DNA of 64,000 nucleotides from Octopus vulgaris (GCA_951406725.2 OX597823.1:60264001-60328000), one strand, 5' to 3'. Shown: positions 25,358 through 40,755, numbered from the stretch's first letter. The notes: a model not told the origin generated them from the sequence alone. Numbers and translations are program-made.

Positions 25358-25914
25358 TATATATATTCATTCATTCATTCATTCATTCATACATACATAC
25401 ACATGTTCATACACATATGCTTACACACACAAACACACACTCACATATATATATATTCTTTAATTTATGTCCATTTTATGCGGATTAAATGCTACAATAT
25501 TATGCTTAATATACACTGAACATAACATCATAATACACGAGAAACAAGCTACAAAAACAAACAAAAAAATCAAAACAGAAACATAACAAAGAAATAGGGA
25601 AACAAACAAGCATATGTTAACATAATATTTATATTGTATGATATCATCATGTGCTTATTCTAAAATAATAGAATTTTAAATATATTCTGTGAATAACATT
25701 AAGACAGGAATTGAATACAGTATGATAAGTTTGATTTTCACCTGAATTTAGTTTAGTTCAGAGTTTTTGAAGCTCTGCACTTTATACATGATTAAAAAAA
25801 AAATTTCATTTTTATTTATCATTTCTTTTTGTCACCCCCATGTTCTTTTATTTTTTTTGTTTTTGTTATTTTGCTTTGCATGTATATTTTTGTGTGTGTG
25901 TGTGTATATGTAAA

Positions 25915-25979
<65 letters not shown>

Positions 25980-26267
25980 ATATATGTATATATATATGTC
26001 TGCGTATGTATATATGTTATTTCTTTAAAATTATAATGTTTATCAGGGAAATAATGTTGTTTTGTGCTGAGTTTATTTTATTTAATATTTATTTATTTAT
26101 ATTTATTTATTATTTCTTTTTTCTTTTTTTTTTTCTTGCATCATTATGAATTTGTTTTCAAAGATATTTTATTAACAGATAGAAACTTATATACATTATG
26201 TATAAACAGATTAAGATAACATGAAGAGTAGTATGTCTGTGTATATGTGTGTGTGTGTATATATATA

Positions 26268-26317
<50 letters not shown>

Positions 26318-26406
26318 TACAAATATATATATATATGTATATATATGTATGTTTGTATATACTTGTATTTGTATATGCATATGTATATATGTATGTATGC
26401 ATGTAC

Positions 26407-26445
<39 letters not shown>

Positions 26446-26504
26446 CATATATATACATTTATGTGCTTATATTTATATATATGTATGTATATTTATATGT
26501 GTAC

Positions 26505-26537
<33 letters not shown>

Positions 26538-27296
26538 CTTGCGAATGTATAACTGTATATAAATTTATAAAAGTATTTTTTTAAAAAAGAAAAATGAGAA
26601 AACACGCAGAACCTGATAACAGAATTGAATATTAAATTTCTACCTGTAAGATAAATGACAGTGATGTTGATTTTATTGATGTTGTTGATGTTGATGTTGT
26701 TAATGATGATGATGTTGCTGATGACATTGATGATAATGATTATTATTGTCGTGGTGGCTGTGGTGGTGGTGGTGGTGGGGTGTTGGTGGGGTGGGGGGGA
26801 TGACCAGGATGAGAGTGTTGATGACTATGATGCTGATATTGTGCTTAGATAACAACAGTGTCAACAACAATCACTATAATGGTGATAAATCATAAAGGGG
26901 ATGATGATGATAATGATGATGCTACTGATGATGATGATGACGACGACGATGATGATGATGGTTGTGGTGGTGGCGGCGTCGTTCACGGTGGTGGTGGTGG
27001 TGGTGGTGGTGATGATGATTATAAGGATGATGATAAATAAATTTCTATCAGTGAAACCATACGATGATGTAGATTTTATATATTCACACAAGTGTCCCCT
27101 TATGCGTATTCTCACATACACATGCACATGCACATACACACACATACACACACGCACATACACACATATGCATGGACACAAACTTTTATGCTCTTAAATG
27201 CAATTAAACTATTAAACAAATATATACAACCCCATTTACATATACTTTTATGCTGATAAAAATCACTCCAATACTTGGCTACACACATGCATAAGC

Positions 27297-27346
<50 letters not shown>

Positions 27347-27565
27347 CACACATATATATATATATGTGTGTGTATGTATGTACGTGTATGTATGTATACA
27401 TATATATATTTATATATATATACATATATACATATATACATGTATATATATATATGTATATATATATATGTATATGTATATGTATATATATAAATATATA
27501 TATGTATGTATTCATATATATATATTTACTCATATGTATTTACACACACATACATAAATATATAT

Positions 27566-27599
<34 letters not shown>

Positions 27600-27643
27600 A
27601 GGGGAGGGAGAGATAGATAAATAGATAGACACACAACATACAT

Positions 27644-27680
<37 letters not shown>
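25060..27680. repeat. Compound microsatellite field: (TA)n/(TG)n plus (ATG)n/(GTG)n at 26655-27035
   Basis: Direct inspection; short unique islands are interspersed. Confidence 0.9.
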
Positions 27681-27682
<2 letters not shown>

Positions 27683-27821
27683 ATCTAAATACATTTTTAC
27701 TTTTATGTACACATCATATCTGATGACACACGCTGTATTTACATTCATCTACCAACCAAATTCACAGTAAAGACATACAGTACACTTATTTTATTGTAAA
27801 TATTTGCAACAAGAATGAACA

Positions 27822-27991
27822 TAGGCACAGATGTGGCTGTGTGGTAAGAAGCTTGCTTCCCAACCACATGGTTCTGGGTTCAGTCCCACTGCGTGGAATC
27901 TTGAGCAAGTGTCTTCTATTATAGCCTCGGGCCAACAAAAGCCTAGTGAGAGGATTTGATAGATGGAAACTGAAAGAAGCCCATCGTATAC

Positions 27992-28028
<37 letters not shown>

Positions 28029-28710
28029 TCTTTATTGCCCACAGGAGGCTAAACATAGAGGGGACAAACAGGGACAGACAAACGTTTTAAGTTGATTACA
28101 TCGCCCCAGTGCGTAAGTGTTACTTATTTAATCGACCCCGAGAGGATGATAGGTAAAGTTGACCTCTGCAGAATTTGAACTCAGAACATAATGGCAGACA
28201 AAATACCACTAAGCATTTCCCCTTGCATGCTAATGATTCTGCCAGCTTCGTCTGGTCCCCATGCCGGTGGCACGTAAAAAGCACCATCTGATCATTTGCC
28301 AGCCTCGTCTGGCACCTGTGCCGGTGGCATGTGAAAAGCACCCACTACACTCACAGAGTGGTTGGCGTTAGGAAGGGCATCCAGCTGTAGAAACACTGCC
28401 AGATCAGACTGGGCCTGGTGCAGCCTTCTGGCTTCCCAGACCCCAGTTGCACCGTCCAACCCATGCCAGCATGGAAAGTGGACGTTGAATGATGATGATG
28501 ATGATGATTATGATATATATATCATCACAATCATCATTTAACGTTGATGTTCCATATCGGCATGTGTTGGATGGTTTGACAAGATCCACCAGATCCAAAG
28601 ACTGCATGAAGCACCAGTGTCTACTTTAGCATAGTAGTTATGGATAGATTTCCTTCCTAACACCAATGACTTTACATCATGTATTAGTTGCTTCGTTCAC
28701 ACTACCAGTA
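27822..28710. mobile_element. SINE cluster: A head (+), B (-, 28025-28250), C (+, 28250-28510), C (-, 28530-28710)
   Basis: Family C carries GGTTGGCGTTAGGAAGGGCATCCAGC and ends in (ATG)n; near-identical copy at 46985-47240. Confidence 0.8.
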
Positions 28711-30287
28711 CAAGACAATGAACCTCAGGGATGGTGGAGTGTCTGTTTTATACAAGAGAATAGAGGGTTAAGGCATGACAGAACCAGGGGTGTGGGCAGA
28801 GAAGGTTCTTTTATAGCAGGGGTTCTCCACCATTTTTTTTACCCTTTGATTACTATTTTATTCTGTTGAACCCCCATAAGCATTCAATGTTTAAAAACTA
28901 GTTTTATCGAAACTTCTTTCAAAATTTCTAATTTTATATTCACACATTAACTTGCGTAACTTGAACTATGTAAAGCATTTGAGAAAGAAACCTGTTTCTT
29001 GCTAAAGATATCAACGCATATATCTAATGTAAAGTTTTTTCAGAGGTCCTTAAAATACTATTGCAGATCCCCAATTTACTATTTTGTTGCATAGACCCTG
29101 CAAAAATATTATATGGACCCCAGTTGGGGGGAAGTCGCAAAAATTCTATATGGACCCACAAACATTTTATATGGAACCACTGTTGTGGAAGATCTGCATG
29201 GTTACTCACATTTAGTAGGAGATAGGGAGAAAGAGAAAAGAGAAATGATTAGTAAGAGATGCAAAGGGATAGATGGTGGCAATGAGTGCCCAAATGAGCC
29301 ACTCAGAATATAATGTGGATGAGTAGTGGTTGGTAGGATGGGTGGGCTGTTTGCAAGATTGCAAGTGGAACAGGAGATGAGAGGATGAAGAAGCAGACTG
29401 CAACTGTAAATATTGGGTAAGATCAAAGGGTGGATGATTGATGATCCATGAGTTGAGAAGGACAGAGGGATGCAGAAAGGAGCAGGTGGGGAGATAAGCA
29501 GCAGGATAATAATGATGATGCAGCTGACTGGGTAAAGACAAGAGAGAGAAGTGGAGAGATATGACATGGGGTGTTTTAAAACCTGCCTAGATGTTTTCTC
29601 CCATGCATGAAACTATTGGTAGCTCATAATTGTATACTGTCACATTAAACAATATTTATCTCTTGTCAGATGGAGTACTTTTTTTGTTGATCTTACCTTA
29701 ACAGGAAAGTAAACTAATATGTATATACCAGTGAGACCCATGTAAATTCCATGGAATTCTGAAAAATTAAGAGGACCTATTTAAGAAAAAAAGAATGATT
29801 TGTATTTTTACAGTATTATTAGTATAGCTTTCTTTAAATATTCTTGACATTTGTCTGTATTCATTTCTTCATGACTCTGACAGTAGTGTTTTTTTTTCTC
29901 TTTTTATTATATCTTCTTGCTTTTCCTCTCTGATCCATTCTCTATATCTTCACATCCTTTATGAGACAGCTTGCAACCATCTTTCTTGTGAATCCATAGT
30001 TTAGGCTAAATTAACCCTTATGAACAAATACCGATTTTCAAGCAAGCAGACAATAAATAATTGTGCTTATGTGCATGCATTAAGTGATGGTCATTATAAA
30101 AAATAATTTATTTCAATAAAGGAAAACACTTTTTACTATCAACACACCACCACCAACACCACCAACACCACCACCACTACCAACACCATCATCATCATCA
30201 CTTTAGTTTTCTGTAACAAAGCTTATTTCATATCTGTTCAGTACGGCTGTTACTGTATCTCTACTATGACAATACAAATGCTCTCTG

Positions 30288-30332
<45 letters not shown>

Positions 30333-30779
30333 CAATATAACTACCTCCTCAGTCCATCTCCCTCTTTCTACTTTTCTTTAACCTCAACACCAGAACATCA
30401 CCTTCTTCTAAATATTGTATCCTAAACATATCTCTCTCTTTACCTTTCCCTTTAGCTAACATTTTAACCACGTAATAGCAATTCCTTCCCCACCCTATTG
30501 CACGTCGTTCTTCCACTTTTTCTCGCACCCTCTTTCTTTCTCCCTCTTTTCTCTCACTCCCATATTTCCCTTCTGCTAACCACATGAAGCATTTGGCCTT
30601 AGTGTTTTAAGATTATACACCTTTCTCTACATTTTTCCTTTCTTCTTTCTTCTCTACTCTCTCTCCCTCCCCCTCCCCCTCCTTCTCAGTCTTACTCCAC
30701 TTCTCACTGACACCATCTTGACCTATCTAATTAGCCAAGGTATAACAAATGAACAAACAAGCGGAATTTTATAAATACA

Positions 30780-31980
30780 TATTTATGCCAGGTTACTTGC
30801 TAGGTCTCTCATGAGTGCTACAAGTAACATGGATTCTAGTACAACCTGTTGCTTGGTTGGTCATTCAGTGATTAAACTGGTAGTCCCAGCAGATTGGCCC
30901 AATGAGGAATTTTGCAAGAACTCAACAGGATTAAAAGCAAAACTTGTCAACAGGACAGAAGGACCCAGCTAAGTTTCAATAACTATCTAGCAATAGCAGA
31001 AGCCCTTAGAAATTTTGGATTGGTATTTGGCGTTTTGAAAGACCACTGGGAGTGAGACACAGAGAAGGTCACTCTGATATAAGACTGGACATGCAGAAAA
31101 TGGCATTGGACATTTGGAGGATCTTTTTTTGCACTAAACATGGCACTCCCACTTTCCTGAGCCTGCAACCCATACGAGCCCTGGATATCCTACCTCAGCT
31201 TGTCTCTGAATTATACCAATAGGGTGGAGTAGGTCTGTGAGGTATTGTGAAAACCTTGTTGAACCTAAAATTTTGTACAGGCATTGAGGATATTTTGGAG
31301 TAGCTTCTAATCATGTGTAATGTCTTCTGCAGAAATATGGCATAATCTAGATTTTTGGTTGCACCTTGGAGCACCAAAGGCTTCACTGTCTGTTTTGTTT
31401 CATAGCAATCTCCTGTTCTTGTACTGCAAATGCACAGCCTTCAAAGTGTTATTTGATGTAGCTGTCATGAGTCCAAGAGAAGCTTCACTTTCATATTACT
31501 GTCTTCTTCAAGTCTTCAGGAAACATACCCATGAATAGTCTTTTTTTGGTATGCTGAGCATTTTACATTGAGGTCTTCCTTGAAGTATGTTTACACTGGC
31601 TAAGACACATTCACCACATGTGTCTTAGAGGATGGCCATATCTCAAAGGTCATTCTCTTTGAAGAGCTAACATCTGGAAGAAGAATCACCTGCTGACCTC
31701 AGCTGCAATAAAGGGACTTTGTAAAAAGATATTTGAAGGCCCTTGTCATCAACACAGAGTCCTGGGAGAGCCTCACAGCTAACTGACCAACATGGAGGAG
31801 TACCCTGAATGAACACCTCAGATCAAGGGAAAGGAGGTCAATGAGCACAGCAGCAGACAAGTGACCCCGGCAACTCATGTATAGGTTTGTTTAGCTACTG
31901 GAGATGCTGCTCCAGTGGACCTGAAAACAGCAAAGATACTACCCATGGTCACCTCTAATCAAAGGAAGCCCTAAATAAAA
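30780..31980 (+). mobile_element. Decayed RTE-clade LINE fragment
   Basis: Remnants LHWLRHI..M and KRYLKALVINTESWESLTAN*PTWRS match the RTE ORF C-terminus; many stops. Confidence 0.6.
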
Positions 31981-32219
31981 GTCCAGCTGCTTTGGGGCTG
32001 TATGGGAGGTCATCAAGAAAAGAGTGCTTCCTGAGGAGTGTATGTATGAATGTTTTGTCTTTGCTTATCATCTGAAGATTGCTTAGTTTTAACCAGGTAT
32101 GAAATTTGATGTATTGTCTTTATCGGACTATATTATTTTATGTATGTACATTATTCTACATTTGTACTGAACACTCTTTTTTGTGCAAACACTCATGACT
32201 GATTACATATATTACATAT

Positions 32220-32265
<46 letters not shown>

Positions 32266-32884
32266 TCATCATCATCATCATTTAGCGTCCGTTCTCCATG
32301 CTAGCATGGGTATATATATATATGTATATATGTATGTATGTGTGTGTGTATTATATATATAATCAATTATATATATGAATGAACTTGTTGAATATGTATA
32401 ATGTCTTATCAGTGTAAATTAATTTAATTGGACATTTCTATAGTTCATTAAAATTTGATTTCTTATTAATTAGATGTTTATTTGTGGCTTTATTGATTTA
32501 TCTAAAATGGATTTATTGAGCAATGCTAATGTCTGATTAGTATTATTTATTTGTTTATTGAGAGTAAGTTTTATTGTGCAAATAAAAACAGATTCATAGT
32601 TAGGACCTTTCATTTTTTAGGTTAATTTTGATATTCTTTTAGTATTTTTTTACCACAATATGTCTATAAAGTTGTTGTTTAGTCCCAGGCCAGTCTTGAT
32701 TGAGAAGATTAGAGTTCAAATCATGACCATCCATCTATTTTTGGGGTTTTTCGTTTTTTTTTTTTTGTAAGGTGTGGTGTATACTGAACTACGTATTCCT
32801 AAGATGGTAGGACATGCTTTTAAGGGAAATCAGGCTACTGTTTCTTGCTAGTTGAGCAAGATTCTAGTATATCATAGGGGTTAT

Positions 32885-34190
32885 CTTTACTCTTTTACTT
32901 TTTTACTTGTTTCAGTCAATTGACTGTGGCCATACTAGAGCACCACCTTAAAAGATTTTAGTCAAAAAATCAACCCGAGGACTTACTCTTTGTAAGCTTA
33001 GTACTTATTCTCTTGGTCTCTTTTGCCAAACCACTAAATTACAGAGATATAAATACCAGCATCAGTTGTCACGTGATGGCACGGGGACAAACACAGACAC
33101 ATACATGCACATAAATATATATACATATATATATATATATATAAACACATATATAAATGCATATATATAAACGACAGGTTTCTGTCTACTGAATCTACTC
33201 ACAAGGCTTTGGTTGGCCCAAGGCTATAGTAGAAGATACTTGCCCATGGTGCCATGCAATAGGACTAAACCTGGAACCATGTGGTTAGGAGGCAAGCTTC
33301 TTACCCCACAGCCACTCCTGTGCCTATAAGCTTTTTTACCACACAGCTTTACCTGGGCCTGTTGGTTTAAGTTGTAGGATTTCATAGAATCTGACTTATG
33401 ACCCCATCTTTCATTTTCACAGTCAAACTTCTGAAAAAAGAAGTTGTAGATATGAATCCAGTGCAGTTGGCAACTTTCACTTTTACAAGTAAATTAATAT
33501 ACATTATATCAGTAAAACTCAAATTTACAATAGAAGCTGAATAGTCTTGTAAACGAATTTGGTAAACATGAAATGAAAGCTCATTGTATTACATACATAC
33601 ACATGTATGAAGAAATCTTCTGCACATGTGTGTGTGTAATTATATGGTTGATTGGGTGTATGCATGTGAATGTGTAAATAAAGATTTTGTGCAATGAATT
33701 TTATGGGCTACTGTTCTCATAATTGCCATAGCTGGAACATGTATATGGCATATTCTTTTATTCTTTTACTTGTTTCAGTCACATGACTGCAGCCATGCAA
33801 GAGCACCACCTTGAAGGGTTTCTTAGTCAAAGAAACCAACCCCAGGACTTATTTTTTGTAAGCCTAGTACTTATTCTACTGGTCTCTTTTGCTGGACCAT
33901 TAAGTTACGGGGACATAAACACACCAGTTGTCAAGTGATGGTGGTGGGGGGGGGGGGCACACAGAGACGCACAAACACACTCACATAAATACCTACATAT
34001 ACATATATATGACGGTCTTCTTTCAATTTTCATCTACGAAATCCACTCACAAGACGTCAGTTAGCCCAAGGCTATAGTAGAAGACACTTACCCAAGGTAC
34101 CACATAGTGGAACTGAACCTGAGGACATATGGTAAGGAAACAAGCTTCCTACCACACAGCTGTGCTTGTGCCTATACACAGCCACGCCTG
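32885..34190 (-). mobile_element. Two SINE A copies (32885-33360 and 33750-34190)
   Basis: Reverse complements of the consensus. Confidence 0.8.
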
Positions 34191-34259
34191 TACATATTGT
34201 ATAAATATATTCTTTATTCTTTTACTGGATTCATGCTAGGACACTGCCTTTAGCAGTTT

Positions 34260-35270
34260 AGTTATAGTCTGCTGTGCCAGCCATGTAATTTTTTTGCCTG
34301 TGAATTTGAAGGTTTTTTCCCTGATGTTTATTGTGTTTTGATGCTCAAGTATAGTTTGCTTTGGATACCGTTACTCTATATCTTCATTATGAAATCTTTG
34401 AATTTGTCAATGTCTTAAACTTGTAGTGGTAATTCTTTGATGAGGGCAATATTGTTGTTGTTCCTTGAATAAGTCAGCTTCCCCTCATAAACGTTTTAGA
34501 TCAAGTATTTCAAGTACTACATTTTTGTTAGTATAGGAATAATTTTTGCTGAATATCCAAAGATAATGTTGTTGTTTCAGTTCAATTCTCAATATGTAAA
34601 TAGAACTCAACCTTGAGGGATTTGCTCATACATTGAAATATTAGAGCTTGTCAACAAAAGTGGTAGAAAATCAATCTACATTGCAAGAGGGCAGACATAC
34701 AAAAGCTTGACTGGAGCAACAAGCAGAACATTTACACAACACATACATATTTCCACAGTATTTACAGAAGAAATGCAACATCTCTATCTAAACATATTTG
34801 GGACTTAATGGAAAATAAATATAGATATAAAAGAAATTAAGCATTAATACACAGCGTAAACATTTACACAAATGGTTCTGAAACATGTCCTCTGTGCACC
34901 ACAGAAAATGATGTTATATAATCACAATAAATATGCTTACTCAACAAAAGAAATGAGGTGGCTTTTATGTTATAGGATCAGAATAAATTCTGTTCTAAAT
35001 TTGCATCTAAACTGTAAACAGAGTAAACATTCAACGAGACAATAGCAGCAGGGGCAAAATGATATCAACACTAACATAAAACACAACAAATTAACACTCA
35101 GAAAAGAATAAGAGTTTAGAGACAACAGACATTAAAAGCATTACCACTGCAGTGTATTAAATTATCTTTAATGTCTTTGTCAAATACAAAACTTGGGAGC
35201 TTTTCTCTGATGGAAAAACATCTGACTGACAAGGCTGCATTTCAAAAGTCACATACTGTTAAACCTATTA
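34260..35270 (+). mobile_element. Decayed Penelope-like element (EN C-terminus on +, possible 5' inverted segment)
   Basis: ATSLSKHIWDL...YTNGSETCPLCTTE...LLNKRNE at about 34775-34960, the PLE CxLC/LNKRxE tail. Confidence 0.65.
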
Positions 35271-36305
35271 TTCTATAAAATATATTTATTTATAAAACTG
35301 TAAAAAGTCTATCATGTATATGTGTATATATGTATATATGTGTATGTGTGTGCATGTGTGTAAGTGTTTGTTTGTGTGTGTGTGTGTGTGTATGCATGTG
35401 TGCGTGTGCGTGTATGTATGTAACTTTGTGCTTGTGTGTGACTTTGTATTATTTGGGTCTGTTCTCCCAACAATTTGTGTCGGTTTGTAACTCAGGGGTT
35501 CGACAAAAGACATCAATAGAATTAGTATCAGACTTTGACAATAAATGGATGAGTCGATTTGTTCGACCAAAACCAATCAAGGCACTGCCTCAGCATGGCC
35601 ACAGTCCAGTGACTGAAACAAGTAAAAGACAAGAGATAAAGATATAGTTAATCCATGTAAATAACCTGGTCAAGGCCAGATATGTCTATTTGTATGTGTG
35701 TGTGTGTGTGTGTTACTATCTGCTTGCCTTGAGACCACATGATAGTTGTAAATGAGTCTCATGATGATGCTGATGATGACGACGATGATGATGCTGACGG
35801 TGACAATGGCGATGATGATGATGAAGATGACAATAATGCTGATGATGACGAGGATGATAACAATGATGAGTTTCACACAGAAGCAACTCAGGAATGTCAC
35901 ACTCAAACCCTTCAGAAAATCTCTGAATGGTTACATTAGACATCTGATCTAATTTAACTAAATATTCTTTAAATGGTAAAGTATGATTTCTTGGAGATTA
36001 TACAGCTATTTTTTTAGCATATCTAGTGAATGAACAAAAGGCTCCTTCATTAGCTAATAAACGTTGAAAACGCTGTGAAATTAGCAGGCTTTGTGGTTAC
36101 TTTCAGATTGGAATATAAAAGACAGGCTAGACAATTGGAAATTGCTATTTGGCAGATATGAGTGATTTATATGACAAATGATGCATCAATTAATGTTTAA
36201 TCATCTGGTGCTTATTTACATTAATTTATAATGCAAATGCTAACTATATCTAATTTCATCTTCATCAAAATATCGCCTGATGTTGACAGTTTTGATAATA
36301 TAGGC

Positions 36306-36348
<43 letters not shown>

Positions 36349-36788
36349 GATACATACACACACATGTGTGAATGCACACACACACACATATATGAGTCCG
36401 CATATATGTATGTATGTATGTATGAATGTATATATGTATGTATAGACATATATTTATATATACATGTAGATAGATAGATAAATAGACAGATGCATACATA
36501 CATATACATGTATTCAAACACACACACACATATATATGTCTGTATGTATGTATACATACATATATATATCTATAAATATATATATATATATGATATAAAT
36601 AATATACAAATATTCTATAATTATAAACATAATTATAATTAGGGGTCAGCTAATTGCTTCACCACATACTGAATTTAGAAATAGGAGTTAAAAATTCCTC
36701 TTCTACTACTGTAAGAATCTCCATGACAGTAACACACTTTTTTACGTAGGCAAAGAGAAAAACAATGAATCAACACGACTCCGATTTG

Positions 36789-36845
36789 CCACATACGCGT
36801 TTTGAGATTAAAGTGTTAAATTACTTACTTCTCTCTTCAGTGTAG
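36789..36845 (-). ncRNA. Minimal type I hammerhead with G12A lesion, in PLE-like insert 36600-36885
   Basis: CUACA CUGAAGA GAG...CUC AAAAC GC GUA UGUGG; palindromic ACGCGU; GAAA reads AAAA (CpG-type decay). Confidence 0.6.
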
Positions 36846-36899
36846 CATTTCCAATTATAAAATTTGAAATTGCTAGGGTTAAATATATATGTGACTGCT

Positions 36900-37310
36900 A
36901 TTCCTGTGTGGGCCACTACAGCCACAGCAAATACTCTACCACCATCAGCAGCTAGAGCAACACCTTTAGTTGGGCAAATCAATCCTTATTTTTTGTAAGC
37001 CTAGTACTTATTCTATCAGTCTCTTCTGCTGAACTGCTTAGTTACAGGGATGTAAACACACCAGCATCGGTTGTCAAGCGATGTTGGTGGGGGACAAACA
37101 CAGACACACAAACATATACACACACATACATATATACATATACATATATACGCCGGACTTCTTTCAGTTTCCGTCTACCAAATCCACTCAAAAGGTTTTG
37201 GTTGGTCTGAGGCTATAGTAGAAGACACTTGCCCAAGGTGTCACGTAGTAGGAATGAACCCGGAACCATGTGGCTGGTAAGCAAGCTACTTACACACACC
37301 ACTCATATCT
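36900..37310 (-). mobile_element. SINE A
   Basis: Reverse complement of the consensus. Confidence 0.8.
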
Positions 37311-37322
37311 CCTCTCTCTCTA

Positions 37323-37413
<91 letters not shown>

Positions 37414-37470
37414 GTATATGTATATATACACATGTATGTATATATGTATATATATATGTCATTGGTTCAT

Positions 37471-37512
37471 TGACTGATGAGGAAAACTCAGCTGTGAATA
37501 TTCCGTGTATCA
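37471..37512 (+). ncRNA. Hammerhead remnant lacking most of the GAAAC segment
   Basis: UGA CUGAUGA GGAA...UUCC G U GUA UCA, immediately after a (TA)n tract. Confidence 0.45.
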
Positions 37513-37992
37513 TGTTTTTGTCTATATTAAGTTTTCATCTAGTTTCCCATTTGCTGTTGTTTGTCTAACTTATTCTCTTTATTGTGTTTTGTCTGTTCAA
37601 CCTTTGATATATCTATATAATCTGTATAAAAACATATGATAGTGGGGAAGAATGAGAATGAATGCCACACACCACATTTGGTGAATAAATAAAAAATATA
37701 TATACGTGTGTGTGTGTAAGTATGTGTAAGTGTGTGTGTGTGTAAGTATGTGTAAGTGTGTGTCTATCTGTATGCATATGTCTATGTATATATTGCATTA
37801 TATTATCTAATGATCTTTTCTTCTATTCCCAACCAATATGTAAAACTGAGACAATGTGAAGTGTTCTTTCTGTCCAGAAACACAGCAAAATGCCTAGGGT
37901 GTATTTGTGTTTGGGCTTAAGATTTCTGAGCAAATAATCCCAATAACTTACTTTTTCATACACTTCACCTCTGTAATGGTGATGATAGCAAC

Positions 37993-39104
37993 AGTTATGA
38001 GAATTAATATTATAAAAAAAAAAAAAGAAAAAATTTCATCATTGACCTTCATTGCAATAAACAAAAAAAAAAAACAGATTAACAAATTTTAATATGATGA
38101 AAGAAGAAGTAATGATTTAATTTTAAAAGTAGGTGGGGAAGTAGAAAGAAAAAAAGAAACTTCAAACATATTTTAAAAATAGGTGAAGGCACCATAGCTG
38201 GTACGTACAACATAGGAATGGCCAGTTTAAACGTATATTGGAAAGGTATTTTGAAAAATAAACAAACAACATGCATGTTGAAAGGAAGATATTCCTCCAA
38301 ATGCACTTCAATATTTGGTAGGAGAATTTCTTTCCCATCTTTCTGTTGCTAATATGTATCGAAAATAATGTGAAAAAAATTATATTTTAGCAAGGTTTAA
38401 TTGATTTCTTTTGGAGTTTTTGATATTTATTAAAGTTGTGTGATGTCTGATTTTCATTTATATTTATATTTTATATTTCATATTTTTCATTTTAGACTTT
38501 TTATTTTTCATTTTTTATTTTTTCCTTCCCCTCTGTGTTATTTGGAAAGAATTTTTTTGTTGTTTAAAAACAAGAATATATAAAAAAAAAATGCTTAAAG
38601 GATTAAAGAAAAAAATTTAAATACTACTGCATCACACAGGAATAGAATTTCTGGTTTCTCTGCTAATGATTTAACATCACTATTTTTGTAAACATTTTAA
38701 TATTTAAGGCAGATATTACAACTTGGTGAAGATATGTATCAATAATTTGTGACAACAAAAGCAAATATATTATCTAGATGTATATCTAGAAAGTGCTTTT
38801 GTGTGTGAACGCATGTTTATGTGTGTATCTATATGCATGTGTGTGCATGTATGTGTGTGTGTGTGTGCATGTATGCATGTAAGCATGTGCACATAAAACT
38901 CTGACTTGGTAATCGTGTTAGTTTTAAAACTATCAAAGGACCCAATGTTGAACACAAAGTATTTTTATTTTTGAAATTAAACCATTTCTTCATTTCTTCA
39001 CCTCATGAAAATTTGTTAATTTATAGGGAGTGGAGTTGTTTATTGCAATGAAGGTAAATGATGAAATTTTCCCTTTTTCTTCTATAATTTTTATGCTCAT
39101 AACT
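37993..39104. repeat. Long-range inverted repeat (arms about 37993-38131 and 38962-39104)
   Basis: 38030-38064 vs 39036-39070: 34/35 complementary; 38078-38090 vs 39008-39020: 13/13; looser pairing on both sides. Confidence 0.8.
38183..38200 (+). other. Candidate 18-nt symmetric (phase 1-1) microexon, xEGTIA
   Basis: atag|GTGAAGGCACCATAGCTG|gtacgt; strong donor, weak polypyrimidine tract. Confidence 0.35.
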
Positions 39105-40444
39105 AAGGCAGCAAGACGGTAAAAACATTAGCATGCCAGGTGAAATGCTTAGTGGTATTTCGCCTGTCTGTGTTCTGAGTTCAAATTCCACTGAGGTCAA
39201 CTTTGCCTTTCATCCTTTCGGGGTTGATAAATTAAGTACTAGTTACCTCCATTACACAATCTTTTTACTTAGGGACTAGTAGACCCAGCACTGTTTGATA
39301 ATTGGTTCACATTCTAAGCCAGTGAACAGCAATGACGATGCCTGTTTCACTTTGAATATCTTTAACAATTCAAAATAATGGATTTAATTCCTCTTAATTC
39401 ACTTCAGTTCATCTAATTGTATTTATTTATCACTACTTTTCATAAAAAAAGCCTTTATTTTTTAAATATCCAATGTGCATTTTCACTTTTTTCTTCGTAC
39501 TTTCCCCATATCTTTTCCACATGTAGTTTCTATATTCTTTTTGAAACATATTTCTATTATATATATATATATATACATATATAGATTTAGATATAGATAT
39601 AGATATGTATAAAATTTAGAGAAAAACCTGTATTAAACAATTCAATAGTGAAAGACATTATTCACACCATATAGAAAAAGTTAAATATACTATAGAAAAC
39701 ATTATTCTAAAAATCAATAGAGTATATAAACAATAAATAGTAAATAGACTACGCGTGTTTTGTGGCTATATTTTCAAATAGATAATAATAATAAAATCAA
39801 TTCGATTAAAACTAAATCGATCTAAAATTATTATTATTACATATATATATATATAGATATATATTTATAGGAACAGGCAGGTTTCTCCCCAACCATGTGA
39901 CTTAGGGTTAAGACCATATTTGCAACACCTTGCTCAAATGTCTTCTAATTTAGCCCCTGACTGTCCAAAGATTTGTGAGTAGATTTCGTAGACAGAAACT
40001 GAAAGAAACCCATTGTATATATGTGTATGTGCATGTGTGTATAATATAAGCAACAGCCTAATGGGAAGGATTTTCACATATTTTTTTTAAATCTCTGATG
40101 TCTGAATCATCAGGGTGGTACCTATTACTCTGCTTACTTTAAAATATAAATGTTTATAAATCAGTAAGTAAATTAGTACTTAAAAAACATTTTTTTAAAA
40201 ATAATCATATATTATTTGGCAGCGAAATCATTTAGTTTAGATAAGTATGTAAGATAACACATGCAAGAAATGTGATGCAACATATTTTCAGTCTATGTTT
40301 CTTTTTTGAATGTTTTGTGTCTGTCGTTGTTGTTGTTGTGTTGTTGTTGTTGTTGTCATTGTTGTTGCTGTCGTGGTTGTTGTTTGGCCCCTGGTCAGTC
40401 TTGATACAGTGGACATGTGATCGAAAGGTCTTACTACTACAACC

Positions 40445-40755
40445 ATACTCTTTACTCTTTTACTTTTTTACTCTTTTACTTTTTTCAGTCATTTGACTGT
40501 GGCCATGCTGGAGCACCACCTTTAGTCAAGCAAATCGTCCCCAGGACTTATTCTTTGTAAGCCTAGTACTTATTCTATCAGTCTCTTTTGCTGAACTGCT
40601 AAGTTACAGGGATATAAACACACCAGCATCAGTTGTCAAGTGATGTTGGGGAGAAAAACACAGACACGCACACACATACACACATACATATATATATACA
40701 TATATATGACGGGCTTCTATCAGTTTCCATTTACCAAATCCACTCAGAAGGCTTT
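40445..40755 (-). mobile_element. SINE A, 5'-truncated
   Basis: Reverse complement of the consensus. Confidence 0.8.
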
